A DNA stretch of 64,000 nt, from the NCBI GenBank assembly GCA_002633005.1, contig NMRA01001041.1:1259-65258 (forward strand). The letters are read 5' to 3'. The position numbers were made by a program, and so were the translations under genes. The DNA is from Phoronis australis. Taxonomy: Eukaryota; Animalia; Phoronida. The notes under the pieces are model-generated. The model ran no database searches and was not told the DNA's origin. It saw only the letters and a list, made by a program, of their open reading frames with translations. This document shows, in pieces, positions 14,219-27,818 of this stretch (position 1 is its first letter; each line of letters starts with the position of its first letter).

Positions 14219-14987
14219 AGGAGAATGCTACCCGATTTAATTAATCGTTTTTACCGTCTTAATCGGTCTATATCCACATCGCCTCGCATACGGTCAACCT
14301 TACCTTGTCGAGAGGTGTCACATCAACCTGTGAGGAAGGTGAGAAACAACGCAGCGACATCAGTGGTTCATTTGCAGAGTGAATGCAGCTATGCTGCGGT
14401 GCATCGTTCCCGCTTGTCTGAACTATGCAGCTGCAAGGAAAGCAGGTATATCGTTGTTTCGACTTCCTCGAGATTACGAAATGCTTAGGAAGTGGCTCAC
14501 GGTAGTGAAGAATAAAAAGCATGCTGTTAATAGCAAGTATGAGGCCATGAAACACCCTCTGTGTCTGTGGCCGGCAGTCGTTGACAGTGAGTCTTGACGA
14601 ATGCCGGCTTACCAAAGAACTATCCACTGTGCATGCTCTTGGCGCCTCTCTAGTATTTATTGATCACTGCATTCCGGTTCGAACTGATAGCCTGTGAAAC
14701 TTCACGATCCACCTGCGAAGTCTTCGTTGGGATTGACCTATCGCCAGGATGATGACTGACGACTTAACTGACCAATCAGAACGCAGCATTCTCGAAACAC
14801 CTTCGTCTGCGTTTCTAAGCCGCCATTTTACCCAAAAAACAACACGTAGTCAATTAAAACTTACTTTAGTCTATAGCTCAAGAAATTTTGCGCTAAGAAT
14901 GGTGAAATGGTGTTGATATGGCTTGTGTAATTCCGACAGGTATTATGCTGCTCCAGAATAATATCCCATCATTTTTTGGCATCTCCT
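14219..14987 (+). mobile_element. Kolobok-like non-autonomous element with THAP-domain remnant
   Basis: TTAA then AGGAGAATGCTACCC terminus; 14219-14724 homologous to 28789-29301; ORF 14379-14597 has THAP signature CIVPAC...SLFRLPRD...RKW; degenerate right end TGGCATCTCCTAA. Confidence 0.7.
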
Positions 14988-15249
14988 AAGCCAAAAAGTG
15001 ATGTTGAAAGGTGTAAACTATGGAAACTGAACGGCCACACGAGCAGCTGAACTTAACAATGTTGCTTGATTACTCAATGGCTATAATAAACACGAAGATA
15101 CGTACTTTTCAGTTTGGTTGGTATGGTGTAGGCCTATCTCAGATTTTGACTCCTGAGTTTCCTACGTATAGCCGCCTTTGTCTCGACACCTGCTGGATCT
15201 CAGCACTCTAGTGCGATAGTCCCTGGAAATTGTTGTTTTCAGGGACATT

Positions 15250-16175
15250 TTATTACTTGGCGGAATTCTTCGGATTCCGCCAAGTATGTTGCTCTGTCAC
15301 TAAGTTTGTTTTTTTTTTGGTTTGTTCGCACGATACAGGTCGCAATTTTCGTCCGATCACCACGAAATTTACACATAACACGTACTTCCGGAAGTACTGA
15401 AAGCATATTGTTTTTTGTCAAAATCGGATCCAAGATGGCGGCTATGGTGGCCAAGTATAGCGGAAATTGTTTACTTCTGGTTAAAGATTGCGGAAATATC
15501 GGTGATTGCGCATGCGCACCTCGATTTTGGCCTAAAAACGTTTTCTACTGTAGCGGGCGCATTATAAGACCAATTCCTTCGAATTTTTACAGGTATTAGA
15601 TTCTTATGACATGCTATTATCAAAAGCCAAAAAACTGGAAGTTGCTTTCAAGATGGCGGATCTGGCGCATGTTGACCCATTTTCAGTCGTGCTGGAGTGC
15701 GATTTTAAACGGGAAGAGAAAAAGATGTGATTTTTTGCCTGTGGATTCTTTGAAGTATATTCTTTCAAATGGCCTGTAGCAATTTTTTTCTCAGACTTAC
15801 CGTTTTCGAGTTATTTGACTTTGAATTTCTTTAAAAAAACGCAAATTTTTCCATCAGTTAAGATAGAATTTTGAACGGGCTTTCAGAAGAAGTTTTCTAT
15901 TTTTTGCTAGGACGTCTACTTTTCGATTTATTTGAGATTTTCTGATAACGCTGTTCCTTTGTTGAGCGCTCTTGCTGCATTGATGTTGGTTTATCTTCTG
16001 TTGAACTAGACTGTAGCCTATTTCTTATTGATTCATGACATCTAAGTTCGTCATATGAATGTTGTGATGTTGTTCATCATCGCCACCACCATCAACATAT
16101 TCGTCATCATCGTCATCATCTCCGTCGTTGTCTTTTCCGTTAATTTCGCCAAGTGTCGCTCAAGACTGTAGCCTT
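15250..16175 (+). mobile_element. Helentron-associated MITE family B, copy 1
   Basis: 5' hairpin ACTTGGCGGAAT..ATTCCGCCAAGT, 3' subTIR AATTTCGCCAAGT; colinear with 16220-19087. Confidence 0.7.
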
Positions 16176-16219
16176 TTTCTTACTGATTTCGGACTTCTAC
16201 GTTCATCATGTGTATGTTA

Positions 16220-19087
16220 TTATGACTTGGCGGAATTCTTCCGCCAAGTATGTTGCTCTTCCACTAAGTTTTTTGTTTTGTTCGCACGATACAGGTCGCA
16301 ATTTTCGTCCGATCATCACGAAATTTACACACAACATGTAGTTCCGGAAGTACTGGAAGCCTATTGTTTTTCGTCAAAATCGGATCCAAGATGGCGGCTG
16401 TGGCGGTCATTTTGTTTTCATTTAAAGGTTCATTTTGTATGCGCCCACATATTTACATGTGGACGCATTATGATGTCATCTCTGTCCGTCCGGCGTCCGC
16501 TGCTCTATCTCCAAAACCCTTTGACATACGTTCATGAAATTTGGCACATATGTTCCGTTCATAAATGGGACGGCATGTGCGAACTTTCGGACGGATCCGA
16601 CTACCGGTGTGCCCCCTAGTGGCAATTTTAGTTTTTTACACTTACCTTTGTATCTTCAAAAGTCCTGAACGGATTTTCATGAAATTTGGTATGTAGGCAC
16701 CTATTAGTGAGATGACGCTATCCTCCCGTTTTCAGATGGATTCGACATAGTTTGCGCTACCTAGTGGCCATTTTTAGTGTTTTCGAGTCTGTTTTTGTGC
16801 ATCCACCCCTCTATCAACCAAACCGCTCAAAGGATGATTGTGAAAATTGGCATGTATATGCTTACTATGTAGAGGACGGTTGACGATGATTTTCCGACGA
16901 TTTTGAGTACTGTGGCGCCTCCTAGTGGCAGTTTTGTTTTTTTGCGCCTATGGCTGTATCTCCTAAATCGTTTGCAGGATCTTTACAAATTGTGTAAGTA
17001 TATTTATATGATGTTAACAACGGAAGATGACGACTTTTGGTCGGATCCGACTACCGGTGTGCCCCCTAGTGGCAATTTTAGTTTTTTACGCTTACCTTTG
17101 TATCTTCAAAAGTCCTGAACGGATTTTCATGAAATTTGGTATGTAGGCACCTATTAGTGAGATGACGCTATCCTCCTGTTTTCAGATGGATTCGACGTAG
17201 TTTGCGCCACCTAGTGGCCATTTTTACTGTTTTCGAGTCTGTATTTTTGCGTCCACCCCTCTATCAACCAAACCGCTCAAAGGATGATTGTGAAAATTGG
17301 CGTGTATGTGCTTACTATAAGGAAGACAGCTGACAATGATTTTCAGACGATTTGGACTACTGTGGCGCCTCCTAGTGGCAGTTTTGTTTTTTTGCGCCCA
17401 TGGCTGTATCTCCCAAACCGTTCGCAGGATCTTTACTAAATTTAGCAAGTGTATTTATGTGATGTTGACAACGGACGATGACGACTTTAGGATGATTCTG
17501 ATTACCGGTATGCCTCTAGTGGCAATTTTAGTATTTGCCTCTAGTGGCAATTTTAGTATTTTACATTGACCTCTGTATTTTCATAGGTCTTCAGGTGTAT
17601 ACTTTGTGTTACTTCGTGACTGTGAAGGAAAAGTTCCAAGTAGAAATTTGTTTCTGGCATTCTAATGCTGTGCTAATCTCGTATGTTGGTAAATTTGTTT
17701 TTAATTCTATGTTTCTGTGGTGCTTTAAGCAACTGGTGTATAGGATGTGCTTGTATTATGAAGATTACTCACATTTTGCCCCTAGCCTATTGAGGAGACA
17801 ATGACCATGCCTTTCCATTTTGCAAAGTATGCCCTCTACTGACCACTTCATGGTACCAATAAACAACCCTAGAAGGATACCGTATGCGGTCCAATTGTGG
17901 GCGCATTTCAACGCTCCGCGTTGCTCTTGTTTTTGTTTGCACTCTACAGGTCGCAATTTTCGTCCGATTTTCACGAAATTTGCACGCGACGTGAAGACCG
18001 GGAAGTCCTGGAAGCCTATTGTTTTTGGTCATGATCGGATACAAAATGGCGGACGTGGCGGCCATTTTGTATCCGATTTCACAGTCAAACGCTCGTAGAG
18101 GCCGCATTTTTCGATGTACATGGCTGAAAATCAGTACGATTATACTAGAACGCATGTGCTACAAGTGTGCAGAACATCGTTGACTTCCGGTCAAAGATGG
18201 CGGAAATATTGGAAGTGGCGCATGCGCAACCTGAAATATGGCCAAAAACGTTTTCTCCTGTAGAGGGCGCATTTGCCAACCAATCACTTTCAAACTGACC
18301 AGTCACGTGTTTGTTGAGTTTAATAAGCTTTTATAAAAGTTTATTAAACTGGAAGTCGCTTTCAAGATGGCGGCTGTGGCGCATGTTCACACGGTTTCAA
18401 TCGTTCTGCTGTCTCGTTTTTAACAGGAAGAGCAAATGACGTGAATTTTTGCATGTGGATCCCTTTAAGTATGACCTTTCAAAAAGTCTGCGAGAGCGTA
18501 TTTTTCAGACTTACCGTTTTCGAGTTATTTGACTTTGAATTTCAAAAAAGAACCAGCAAATTTTCAATTTTTTCAAAAAACTTTTTGATTTTTGCCAAAC
18601 TATCACTTTAGATAGAGTTTTGAATGGGCTTCCAGAAAATATTTTCCATTTTGCGCTGCAAGGTCTACTTTTTGAATTATTTGAGATTTGCGATACCGTT
18701 GTTCCTTCGGTCACATATGCAAGCACGCAGCTGGCTGGCTTTCAGTTCACTTTGTTTTGGTTATGCCTAGTTGACCCCGATTGACCCAGCCAGCACTGTC
18801 CTACCGGCCAAATACTTATTGTAAACATAACTTTGCTCTGCAGACTGACTCATATCGCCACGTATTTTGGAATGTGTGAACAAACATGGCTCGTCCGTCA
18901 TGTTGCGCCATCTATTTCGTTTTATTGTAGTTGATTGTATGCTCTCTATTTGATTTCTTCGCTAGTCACATGAATGTTATCGTGTTATTCATAATTGCCG
19001 CCTTGATCGTCATGATTTTCGTCGTCCTCCCCATCGTCATCTGTTCTATTAATTCCGCCAAATGTCGCTCCTCCGAGCGCTCTCGTT
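16220..19087 (+). mobile_element. Helentron-associated MITE family B, copy 2, interrupted by a family A copy
   Basis: Same 5' hairpin; 3' AATTCCGCCAAA plus hairpin GCTCCTCCGAGC then T-run; family A element inserted at 16435-17931. Confidence 0.7.
16435..17931 (+). mobile_element. Helentron-associated MITE family A, copy 2 (nested)
   Basis: Same termini and internal CTAGTGGC array as 8195-10136. Confidence 0.85.
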
Positions 19088-20828
19088 TTATTTATTTTTT
19101 CTTTTATTTCGACCTAATGGACATCATTTTGTTTCGTATCAGAGGTACATTTTTTGTTATTACCCGTAGGGTGGCGTTCAACTGAAGTTCTCTCCTGTCC
19201 AACATTCAGAGATTTGATTGGCACAGGGAGGGTCACTGCATTACGCCGTTTTCTCTTTGATCCCAACTTGTTCGATTCTATAGCCCTACAACAAGTAGGG
19301 AAGAACACCCCTGTAGCCAATATCTTACACGACTGAATAACTCCATTCTGGCATTTATGGTTGGAGGGCCAGCTCTCTTTTGTTCGATAATTGCTCTAAT
19401 CTCCAATAAGATCATATCTACCCTGACTGGGCTGTGCTGTTAAAAATAAAAGTTAAGTTATAACATATTTGAACATAAACCAATAGCATTTCTGAAATCT
19501 TCGTCAAATGGTGATCATGTTTAGTTTTTGAATCGCTAAAATCGCCCAACTGCAACCGCAGTTACAACAATCTATTCTTCCCGAATACACCAATTCACTT
19601 TGAGTTTGACTGTAGTCACATGTGGTCTGTAATAAGCCTGGTAGATAATTGGCCTGCTTGTTGCCATAGCAGATAAAAGACTGTGCTTGGCAGTTAACAA
19701 AGAAGCTAGATGTTCACAGGCTCACAACCCTCTACTTCTGGTAAAGTCATTGAACCGAAAAACACCATCATGGGATTACTGAACTCAAAGCCTTGTTCCA
19801 GCTGTTGTCATGAAAAAATAAACAGTTGAATTACTTTTTGATAGGGCCTCTAGTATAAACTACCCCTGTAGAGTTAGGGAGAGCTCATTTTGAAGTTGTT
19901 GAAACATGATATTTAGATTTATGAAGCTTTAAAAAAGAATTTGAGTTATTTTTGTAAATACCCTATTTTTGCCATTACACCAGACTTGTAATCTTTTATA
20001 ACCATACCACAGCTTAGGGATCGTGCTATGTTCAAAATTGAATAAAAGCTACCTTTATGCTATGAAACTACAAAAAATACGAAGTTCATCAGAAGGTAGG
20101 CCCAACTTATATGTATAATGGTGCAAACGGCCAATTTCAGGCATTGACTTGGACTCAGCCTACCCTACCAGTGCTAACTGTTTGCCTAGTGAGAGTGTAT
20201 GTGAGCTATGAGCCTGAGTTTTTGTTTTAATTAAAAATATTTCGTTACAAGATTGGAAAAGCATAAACAGTGCTATCGACTCAACCTACTCAGGGACTAT
20301 AGTACGTGTTGTCTGTAATCTATGACCTACTTTACTCGGGGATCAGACTCCCACCAGTTGTGACCTATTTTTCATTAGGCGAAATTTAGCAGACGACAGA
20401 ATAAAAATATAGGTGAATCTTCTATTATTTTGTTCGAAAGATCATGAAATCTATGGAATCCTACAGATAAATAGACTTTAAGGTAAATATCCAGCTTTAC
20501 ATGAACATATCTCATCAGTGGCCTTGTCACTTGTCAGGTGAAGGTAAACCCCGTTGGTTTCTTCGGATTTTCGCTTGCTTCTCGAATACTTGTCTTTTCA
20601 TCGTTACCTTTACAAATTCCCATATCATGAACATACGATTCTCTGTTGAAAAGCATCGCCTGTTGTCTTTGTCGAAGCGTTTTCGAAAGTAGTGCAAAAA
20701 ACACTCGTCGATTCAACCAGGAACGTCGTTTAGCTACAGTGTATTTTCCACTGACATCTTCTTTATTTGTCAGGTATCGCGTGACTTTTTGCATAGGGGC
20801 GGAGCTTGCGAGAAATCAATTGCGAGAA

Positions 20829-21827
20829 GCCATGTTGGTATTTATTAATTATTCTGCTTTCTGTTTCAAAATGAATTATTCTCACCCTAACCAATGTGGA
20901 TATAAAACTGAAAGAAAGTCTGTCTCATTAGGTACAATTTGTAATGCCTTTGCAGTATTCGTGGTTTTGAGAAACCAGCAATGAATAAACCACTGTGTTA
21001 CCAGGCTTCAGATGCAATAAAGGTAATTGACTGGGCAAGGAGGCTGTGTGAGTGCATGCTAATTCAGTGTTTGCTGACAGAAAGCTGTTGTGAAACAATA
21101 ACTCGACTGCTACGGTTCTGTTAAAGGGCAACTTGACTTTGCGGCCCCCGACAAGTAAGTAGATTTGCAGTTTCGTGGCTATTTCACCAAAATAATTATG
21201 TGCACATTATTTCTTTTGCTCATTAGCGTAGTCTTTTCATGACTGGAGGTTTGGTTTCCAACTTAAGCTGGTTTATGTTCGTGATGTCCAGTCGCGGCAA
21301 CCGCTCTTAAGTCAAAAAGTACAACACACAGCTATCTTTCATGTCTGTTTTGCACGGAAGAATGATTTGAATTTATCACCGAACAGACCCAAACTCTGGC
21401 TATCGACCATGATAAATTGGCCTAACGAACCTAGGAGTATACTGACACTCCTTGACCCAACTCTGTAGGCTACCTGTAGTATAGCCGATGTACATCACAC
21501 TACCGTACATTCATATACCTATAAATCTGTAACAGTGAAATGAAACAACACGTTTGTTCAAGAACTCAGTGTATTTGTAAGGGTTTTACATCGAAATTTG
21601 ATTATTTATTGGTGTAAAACGATGCATTCAAGTGATAAGTTTATACCTGAGTAAGCATGTTGTGAACGGCTGAACAGACTGCGTTTGAACCAATTACGTC
21701 GTTGGTTAAATTCAACACCTCCATCTGCCGTCAGATGTCGGGTAAAACAACTGAACTTGCTGTTATCGAGTGGAACTACTCTATCTTAATTTATACAAAA
21801 TAGGTTGTTTTTGGGTGACATTCTCCT
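20829..21827 (+). mobile_element. Kolobok-like element, right arm
   Basis: Homologous to 29347-30459; ends GGGTGACATTCTCCT followed by TTAA. Confidence 0.7.
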
Positions 21828-24800
21828 TTAAGGCGGCAGTGAGACTCGGCATTTTTATATTTTCACTCATGTGTTCGAATAGTCTTTTTGCGAGTTTATA
21901 ACAATAATGTGAGATTATGTGAGACTTAACTGTGACGTCACCGGAAGTGGGGCAAAAACTTGTTTGGCCATTTGCCCGATACGGTAGCAGAGTGTATTCT
22001 GTTGTTTACTTCGAGTTTTTAATATTTTAGTGTGAAAAATGACAAACAAGCTTTGCTGTTATGGCAAATGAAATTCAGATTCGCACTACAATACGTTCCA
22101 TCGCGTTCTGTACTAAAACGGGCAGTAGGCGAAATCCGCTCACTGATTAAGTTTTCACCTCATCAAAAATACATTCCACTCATAAAATTATCCTCCAAAA
22201 AGGCATTTACTTTTTTAGTGATCCTTTCTGCTTCTAAACATATCTTCGATGAAGCATAGCTACTTGAATTCCGGAGACTTTGGCGAAGAATTCCAACTCC
22301 ACTTTTTGGTTGTTAACTTTGACCGCACGCGATAATCACAAAGTATTTCAACTGAGTCAGGTGAGTATGAGGCAAAGGCTAGCGCGAGACTGAGTGAAGC
22401 GCGTGACCTGGCGCGTGACCTGGCGCATCACACTTGCACAATAGGCATGGGAAAACATCAAGTGAAATTTGTAAAATTTGTGTCCCTTGGACTTTTTGTT
22501 CGTCAGCAGGTGTGATTTGACATAACTTCCTCAAAATGGCGCCCTGTGAGAGAAACTCGATTGAAACGGGAGGTTTTCATGGATATGTTAAAGTTATTAG
22601 TAGACTAAATTGTAGTCAGAGTCAGGGTGTGTGCTAATTATAACTCGATGTGCACATATGCATGTTTCAATTGGTTTCATTTGCTGTATTTTGAAATGAG
22701 TAACTTATGGGGATATACTATCGCCCCTGTATGCCTGCGGCATTCAGGCGGGCCTAGACCGGGTCGAGTTCCAATTTCATTCCGGTCACAGCTTCGCACA
22801 ACATAACAAGTTCACATTTTCTTTGTCCATTCACAGTTATTCCACGATCCCATTTACCATCCCTGAAATCGTGTTGACGTTTTAAGCGTAAGATTTCATG
22901 TGTGTAGCAAAGACTCTGAGCAAAACAAGAACAATATGGTGGGTTTTGCCCTCCTTCCGGTGGCGTCACATTGACTAACTGGAAACTCGCAAGTGAGCTA
23001 TTGCCACTTTTATGCTTTTAGATGTTCAGTGGTTCAAGCAAAGTTGCAAAATGTGCGTAAATGAGAGAAATTACATTTTGACATTGACCTGTCTTGCTCA
23101 CCAGTATTTTAAATCAGGTCAATCTTATGCTGCTTTTATGACCTGACCTTGTGCTTGTGCTTGCTTTTGTTGTGAGAGGGAATGTTACCTTTATGAAATC
23201 CTTTTTGGTCAATTTAGCACATCAAACTTCAGTAGAACTGGTATTTTGAACCCTTTCAGCTGATAAAATGTTCAACTAATAACCAAATATAGTGATGCTG
23301 TAAGTTCTGAAAACGTCAACCAGCCTGAGTGAACTATGATCTATCGCTTTCCATTTTTGATAACTTGCTCAATAATGAAGGCACGTTCAGATTTTCAGTT
23401 TCAACCCTAATTACTTAACTATTTCTTCTTTACCCCATTCACATACTGTCTAAAATGATGGTGTTTTCGCTGCCACTTCTGCCAGTATGGAATACGCCAG
23501 TAATGTGAACAGTTTCTGATGTCACTTTTGCTGGTGGTTTCTGTTACACCAAAGCTGCCAATGTCTCTAAGATAGCTCTTTTGTACTATAACACTTGCTT
23601 CAAAGGATACATGTGCGAAGTGGAAAGAGGCCTTCGTTAACCATGTTGGTGATTAATTTATTGCAGTTGGTTCACTTTATAAGCTATTTTGATTATGTGT
23701 CTGAAGCAGAAGTGTTTCCTCAAGGGAATATGGCCCATTAGACTGTTATTTTTAGATAAGCATAGTTTACATTGTTACAGCTAGAGGTCTCTGTAGACTG
23801 TCTGCCTAGTTAGTGTTCAACATCTTTTTAGAGGTAATGGGGCTATTCGGAAAATCTACAATAACTAGAGTGCGTGCGTGTACTAGTGGTGATAGATTAA
23901 CAGCCTCGATTTCGCGAGCCCTTTAAATACATGGTGAAATGGCTTGCAGCCGTGCCAACTGAATCTGAGATTGTGTAAAAAGGGTGCTTCTATGAGAGGA
24001 AGTAAACATGACCTCATACTAAGGTAAGGTTTGTGATTATTTTAACGATTATTCCATGATTATTCTACCGACGCCTGTTAACTGAGGCACTCGCCGATGT
24101 TGACTTCGCGGCAGTCAGTCGCCAGCCAGAGTCTGGTTAATCTTTGTATGTTGTGATATGTGATACGATACTTGACGTAGCAATCGGGATCTTTTCGTAC
24201 ATCAAAGCATTATTATTGTTTGGAATGATTTCTAAAAGTTTATCAGTGACAGTTACATCAATCAATGCTGCATGTTTATGCTGTCAACTCGATACAGGTT
24301 AATGAGTTAAGATTACAATCCAATCCCAATGGCAAAGGGTACGTGAGTGATAAATATCCATTGTATTAGACTATTTGTTTACTCCCTATCATATGTCTTC
24401 TGGAAATCTATTACACGTTGAAATGGAAATCTATCACGTCAGTTTTCACGTAACCTTTGGTTTTTAGGTTTGAAGGCTTGTACCGTGCAGAGGAGATATG
24501 CATCGCTTCTGCACCGTCCCTGAATGGACAAAAATTGGTTTTTAGCATTTGACTGCAGCTAACCAACAAGATCTTCCCATCCAGTGCAGATCTGTTGTCA
24601 AAGCCTACTTTCAATATTGGAGACAACGAACAAAGCCTTTGAAAAGGAACAGCTATTTTTAAAGTCATTTTGTTAAATTACTTATTCAGGTCCCGAGGGG
24701 GGATTGGCATGGGGGGTTGTAATATTTGGTACAACTGAATGTGTGGAAATAACAGGTAATACATGTTTGGGGAAAAGAGCATGGTGAGGTAATTCTTAAC

Positions 24801-25534
24801 CTTCACGAAGTCCCTTCAAGTTGATTTCATGAAACTGTTTTGCTACTTGTATCAATTGTAAAACCACGAAAATATATTACATTTTCCGAATTCACAGTGA
24901 CTGAATAGTCTTAACTCATGCCTTGAAATGTTGCAAGTCGTTATAAATTCAAATGACTGCCATTTTTGTGAAAATTGCATTTTTGATGGTGCCTTACGAT
25001 TTGTAATTACTCTTAAACAACAGAAAGATTATCCATCATTTTTAAATGACCCAAGTCTTCATATCTTCTATTAGAAGAAAAACGGTTCCCTCAACCTTAG
25101 GCTAGAAGTATGCTTGACAGACCCATGAACCTGTAATCTGAGTTTAAAATTGCTGAAAGTATCAAAATTAAAAAGGCTTGAAAATGGGTAACAAAGGTTT
25201 GAAGTTGTCTCAAAAAACTTGTATATTTTACAGACAAGTGATGCGTTTAAAGAATTGTTATGGCTAGGGATAAAAAATAAAGACACAGTTTTATGCAATA
25301 CTCATTATATACACCCTTGGTTTCTGAAAATAGTAATTATTTACTTTTATGTGAAACTGTAGACCAATCACCATATATTTTTGAAAAACAGGGATAACAT
25401 TTTTGATCCAATCTGGAGTACTTAATTATTCATATTTCAATATTTGTTCCAGGTTCAGTGACATTTTAAGGCCACTTCAAGCTGTATCATAGACAAGCTT
25501 TGTTACTCCGTTCTCTTCCCACAGCACTTCCACA

Positions 25535-25960
25535 CACCAGCAGTGCTGCATGGCACAATGTGCAAGTCAGTGGCCTTGGAGAAATGTGAATCACAGTACT
25601 AAGTTACCATAAGACGATGTGCCAGTGGACTGTCTGTGTATCCAGACGAACTATATCTGACTGCTACACAAATAAGCCTTGTTGGTGAGGATGCCCTTTC
25701 ATAGGCAATGAGTCATGTGTGGACAATAGCTTATTTCCTTTCTGGAAGAAACATGAGGGACTGAAGCTAAAGAAGACCTAGTCACACTCTGGTCTAGTTC
25801 AGAGTCTGATTTTGGGCTCAAAACGATTCAAGTGATATGCTGCTGTGTTTACCTTCAAGGGTCTAATTGTGGATGTTATTGAGGCTGAATGAGGTTACAT
25901 GAAAGAAAGCCACGTGTTGAAACTGGACCTTTTTTACAAGCGCTTCTATAGGCCATTGAA
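25535..25960 (+). pseudogene. Degenerate YqaJ (lambda-exonuclease-like) coding remnant of the ISL2EU-like element
   Basis: Manual translation TPAVLHGTMCKSVALEKCESQY*VTIRRCASGLSVYPDELYLTATQISLVGEDAL...LKLKKT*SHSGLVQSLI...AVFTFKGLIVDVI...KLDLFYKRFY follows the YqaJ pattern (HG..E..A..Y; CGL.V.P..PYL.ASPDGLV; LK..H.YY.QVQ); contains stops. Confidence 0.75.
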
Positions 25961-27059
25961 ACTAGAACCCAGTGAAATGAAAGCCAAAAGCTGAGTGACA
26001 TTAAATTTTCCTTTCAGAAGAAAGGCTTTATACTATTGGTAAAAACTTTTCAATTTGGTACAGATTATGGGGAAATGACATTCAGTGACTGCATCGATTG
26101 TCTTATTGTATGTTTTCAATTGTAGCTAGCTGGATAAGAATCTGCTATGCACAAGATTCGAGAATAAACAATTATCAGTGTATTTAAAAACAAATGGCAA
26201 ACTGAAAAAGCACAGAAAGAAACAACATTGCGAGGGAGTCCATAATCAGGCATATCAGGTGCTGAATTTCTGAATTACGTTCAATTCTCTCAGGTTATTG
26301 CTGAAGGATTGCTTTTCACTTTGTCCAACGGTGAAATAGATGGTCAGGCGGTTGGTTTCAGTTGTTTTTTCTTGCCTGTAACAGAATAGAAATATTAGCA
26401 AATTGTAAAAGAAAAGACAAGACAAAACTACTTTTGTAAGGCAGAACATACTTGACATTTCATCTTCATGTTTATGTGTAGAAACTAATAACCTTTGTAC
26501 CCAAGTCTTATTTAATATCTGAATTAAAATATGTGAAACAGGCTAAAAGTGATTTAACAATGTGTATTTTTCATGACACTTAAAATGTGCTTCTGATCTC
26601 AACAAGTAAAATTCATTCTAGGTGTCAATTTTTTTCCAATGCAATGTTACGACATTTACTGAATTAAGGCTTATTCATGTTAATTCGATAACTGAGCTGG
26701 TGGTCCTGGGGGTGGGGTCCACGATAAAATAAGGAAACTCACTCATCTAGAGAATTTTATTGGAAACAGCATAGTTTTGAAGAGAAACTGCTGTGAAAAA
26801 GTCACTCTTGACTTCTGTGCATCACGTACCATACACCTCTTATTTTGGGAGCACTCCCACCCAGGACAATATGAATATGTGCTGCTAGCCTACCCGGCAT
26901 CGGGTGAGTTTCCAAAAAGAAACACTTAGTTCCACTCAATAAAACTGTTATTCAGTGGGGTAACTGGTGGGGATAACATCACCGAACGATGTTGATAGAA
27001 ACTGATTGCTAAAAACTTACCAAGTAATGTTGTGTAGTCTCCGAATGGAACTGCATAGT

Positions 27060-27222
27060 CATAGACATAGAGCACACACGGGGCTTCAGCATCCACACAC
27101 TTTTTGTCAGTTAGTTGACCCTGTTGACCACAATTGTCCACGAATATAGTAACCTTAGGTCTTTTGGGAATTTGTGGCCACCTGTCGAAGACTTGCACCA
27201 GGGAAATTAGCAGTAATAAGGC
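27060..27222 (-). pseudogene. Degenerate THAP domain (transposase N-terminus) of the ISL2EU-like element
   Basis: Manual translation YC*FPWCKSSTGGHKFPKDLRLLYSWTIVVNRVN*LTKSVWMLKPRVCS matches THAP C-x2-4-C, FP, W, RVCS motifs. Confidence 0.7.
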
Positions 27223-27818
27223 TTAGCGCGACGACGTATTTTGATAAAAATTCCATCTTTTACCAGTTGTTTACATGCAGACAGCCACGCATGCGCAATT
27301 CAATCACCACTAGTACAGCAGCGACACCGCGAGGAGAATTCTCCGAATAGCCCCATTGCCACTTGTGCCTGTTAGAATTTACAAACAGATTTGCTGTCAG
27401 TTTCCTAATGTGATGTTTTAAGGTAGTACTTTATAAATGCATATATATTACGGATTACGTCATTTGCTGAAGGGAGATTTAACTAACTTGAAATGACATC
27501 AATTTATCTATGACTAAGATCTCAAAGAGAGCTCAGTGGCACTGAATAAGATGTTACGCAATAATGGTGGATAGTCTATGGATACCTCTGTTGGTAATGT
27601 TGTAAACTACACATCCCTAATGTGTGAGCGCTTGAAAGTCACCACAGTCTCCATCACTTGGTGTCTCGTCTTTATTAACTTTGTGATTGGCTGAAGTTCT
27701 CACAAGGAAAAGCTATTAAAGTACATCATCCACTGAAAAATCAGTAGCGCACTTGATTGACTGTTCCTAAAGCTATGCTTATCTGTTTCTTTCAGCACAC
27801 TGAACATTATATAACATC

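Larger units (their letters stand above)
23839..27354. mobile_element. Fossil ISL2EU-like DNA transposon (YqaJ remnant on +, THAP remnant on -)
   Basis: TIRs GGGGCTATTCGG / CCGAATAGCCCC with AT on both flanks, plus inverted subterminal TGTACTAGTGGTGAT; internal coding remnants on opposite strands. Confidence 0.75.

Noticed and set aside
24008-24030. AAG|GTAAGG donor as a 5' UTR exon of the SEFIR gene
   Set aside because: It lies inside the ISL2EU-like fossil and is more simply the first intron of its YqaJ gene
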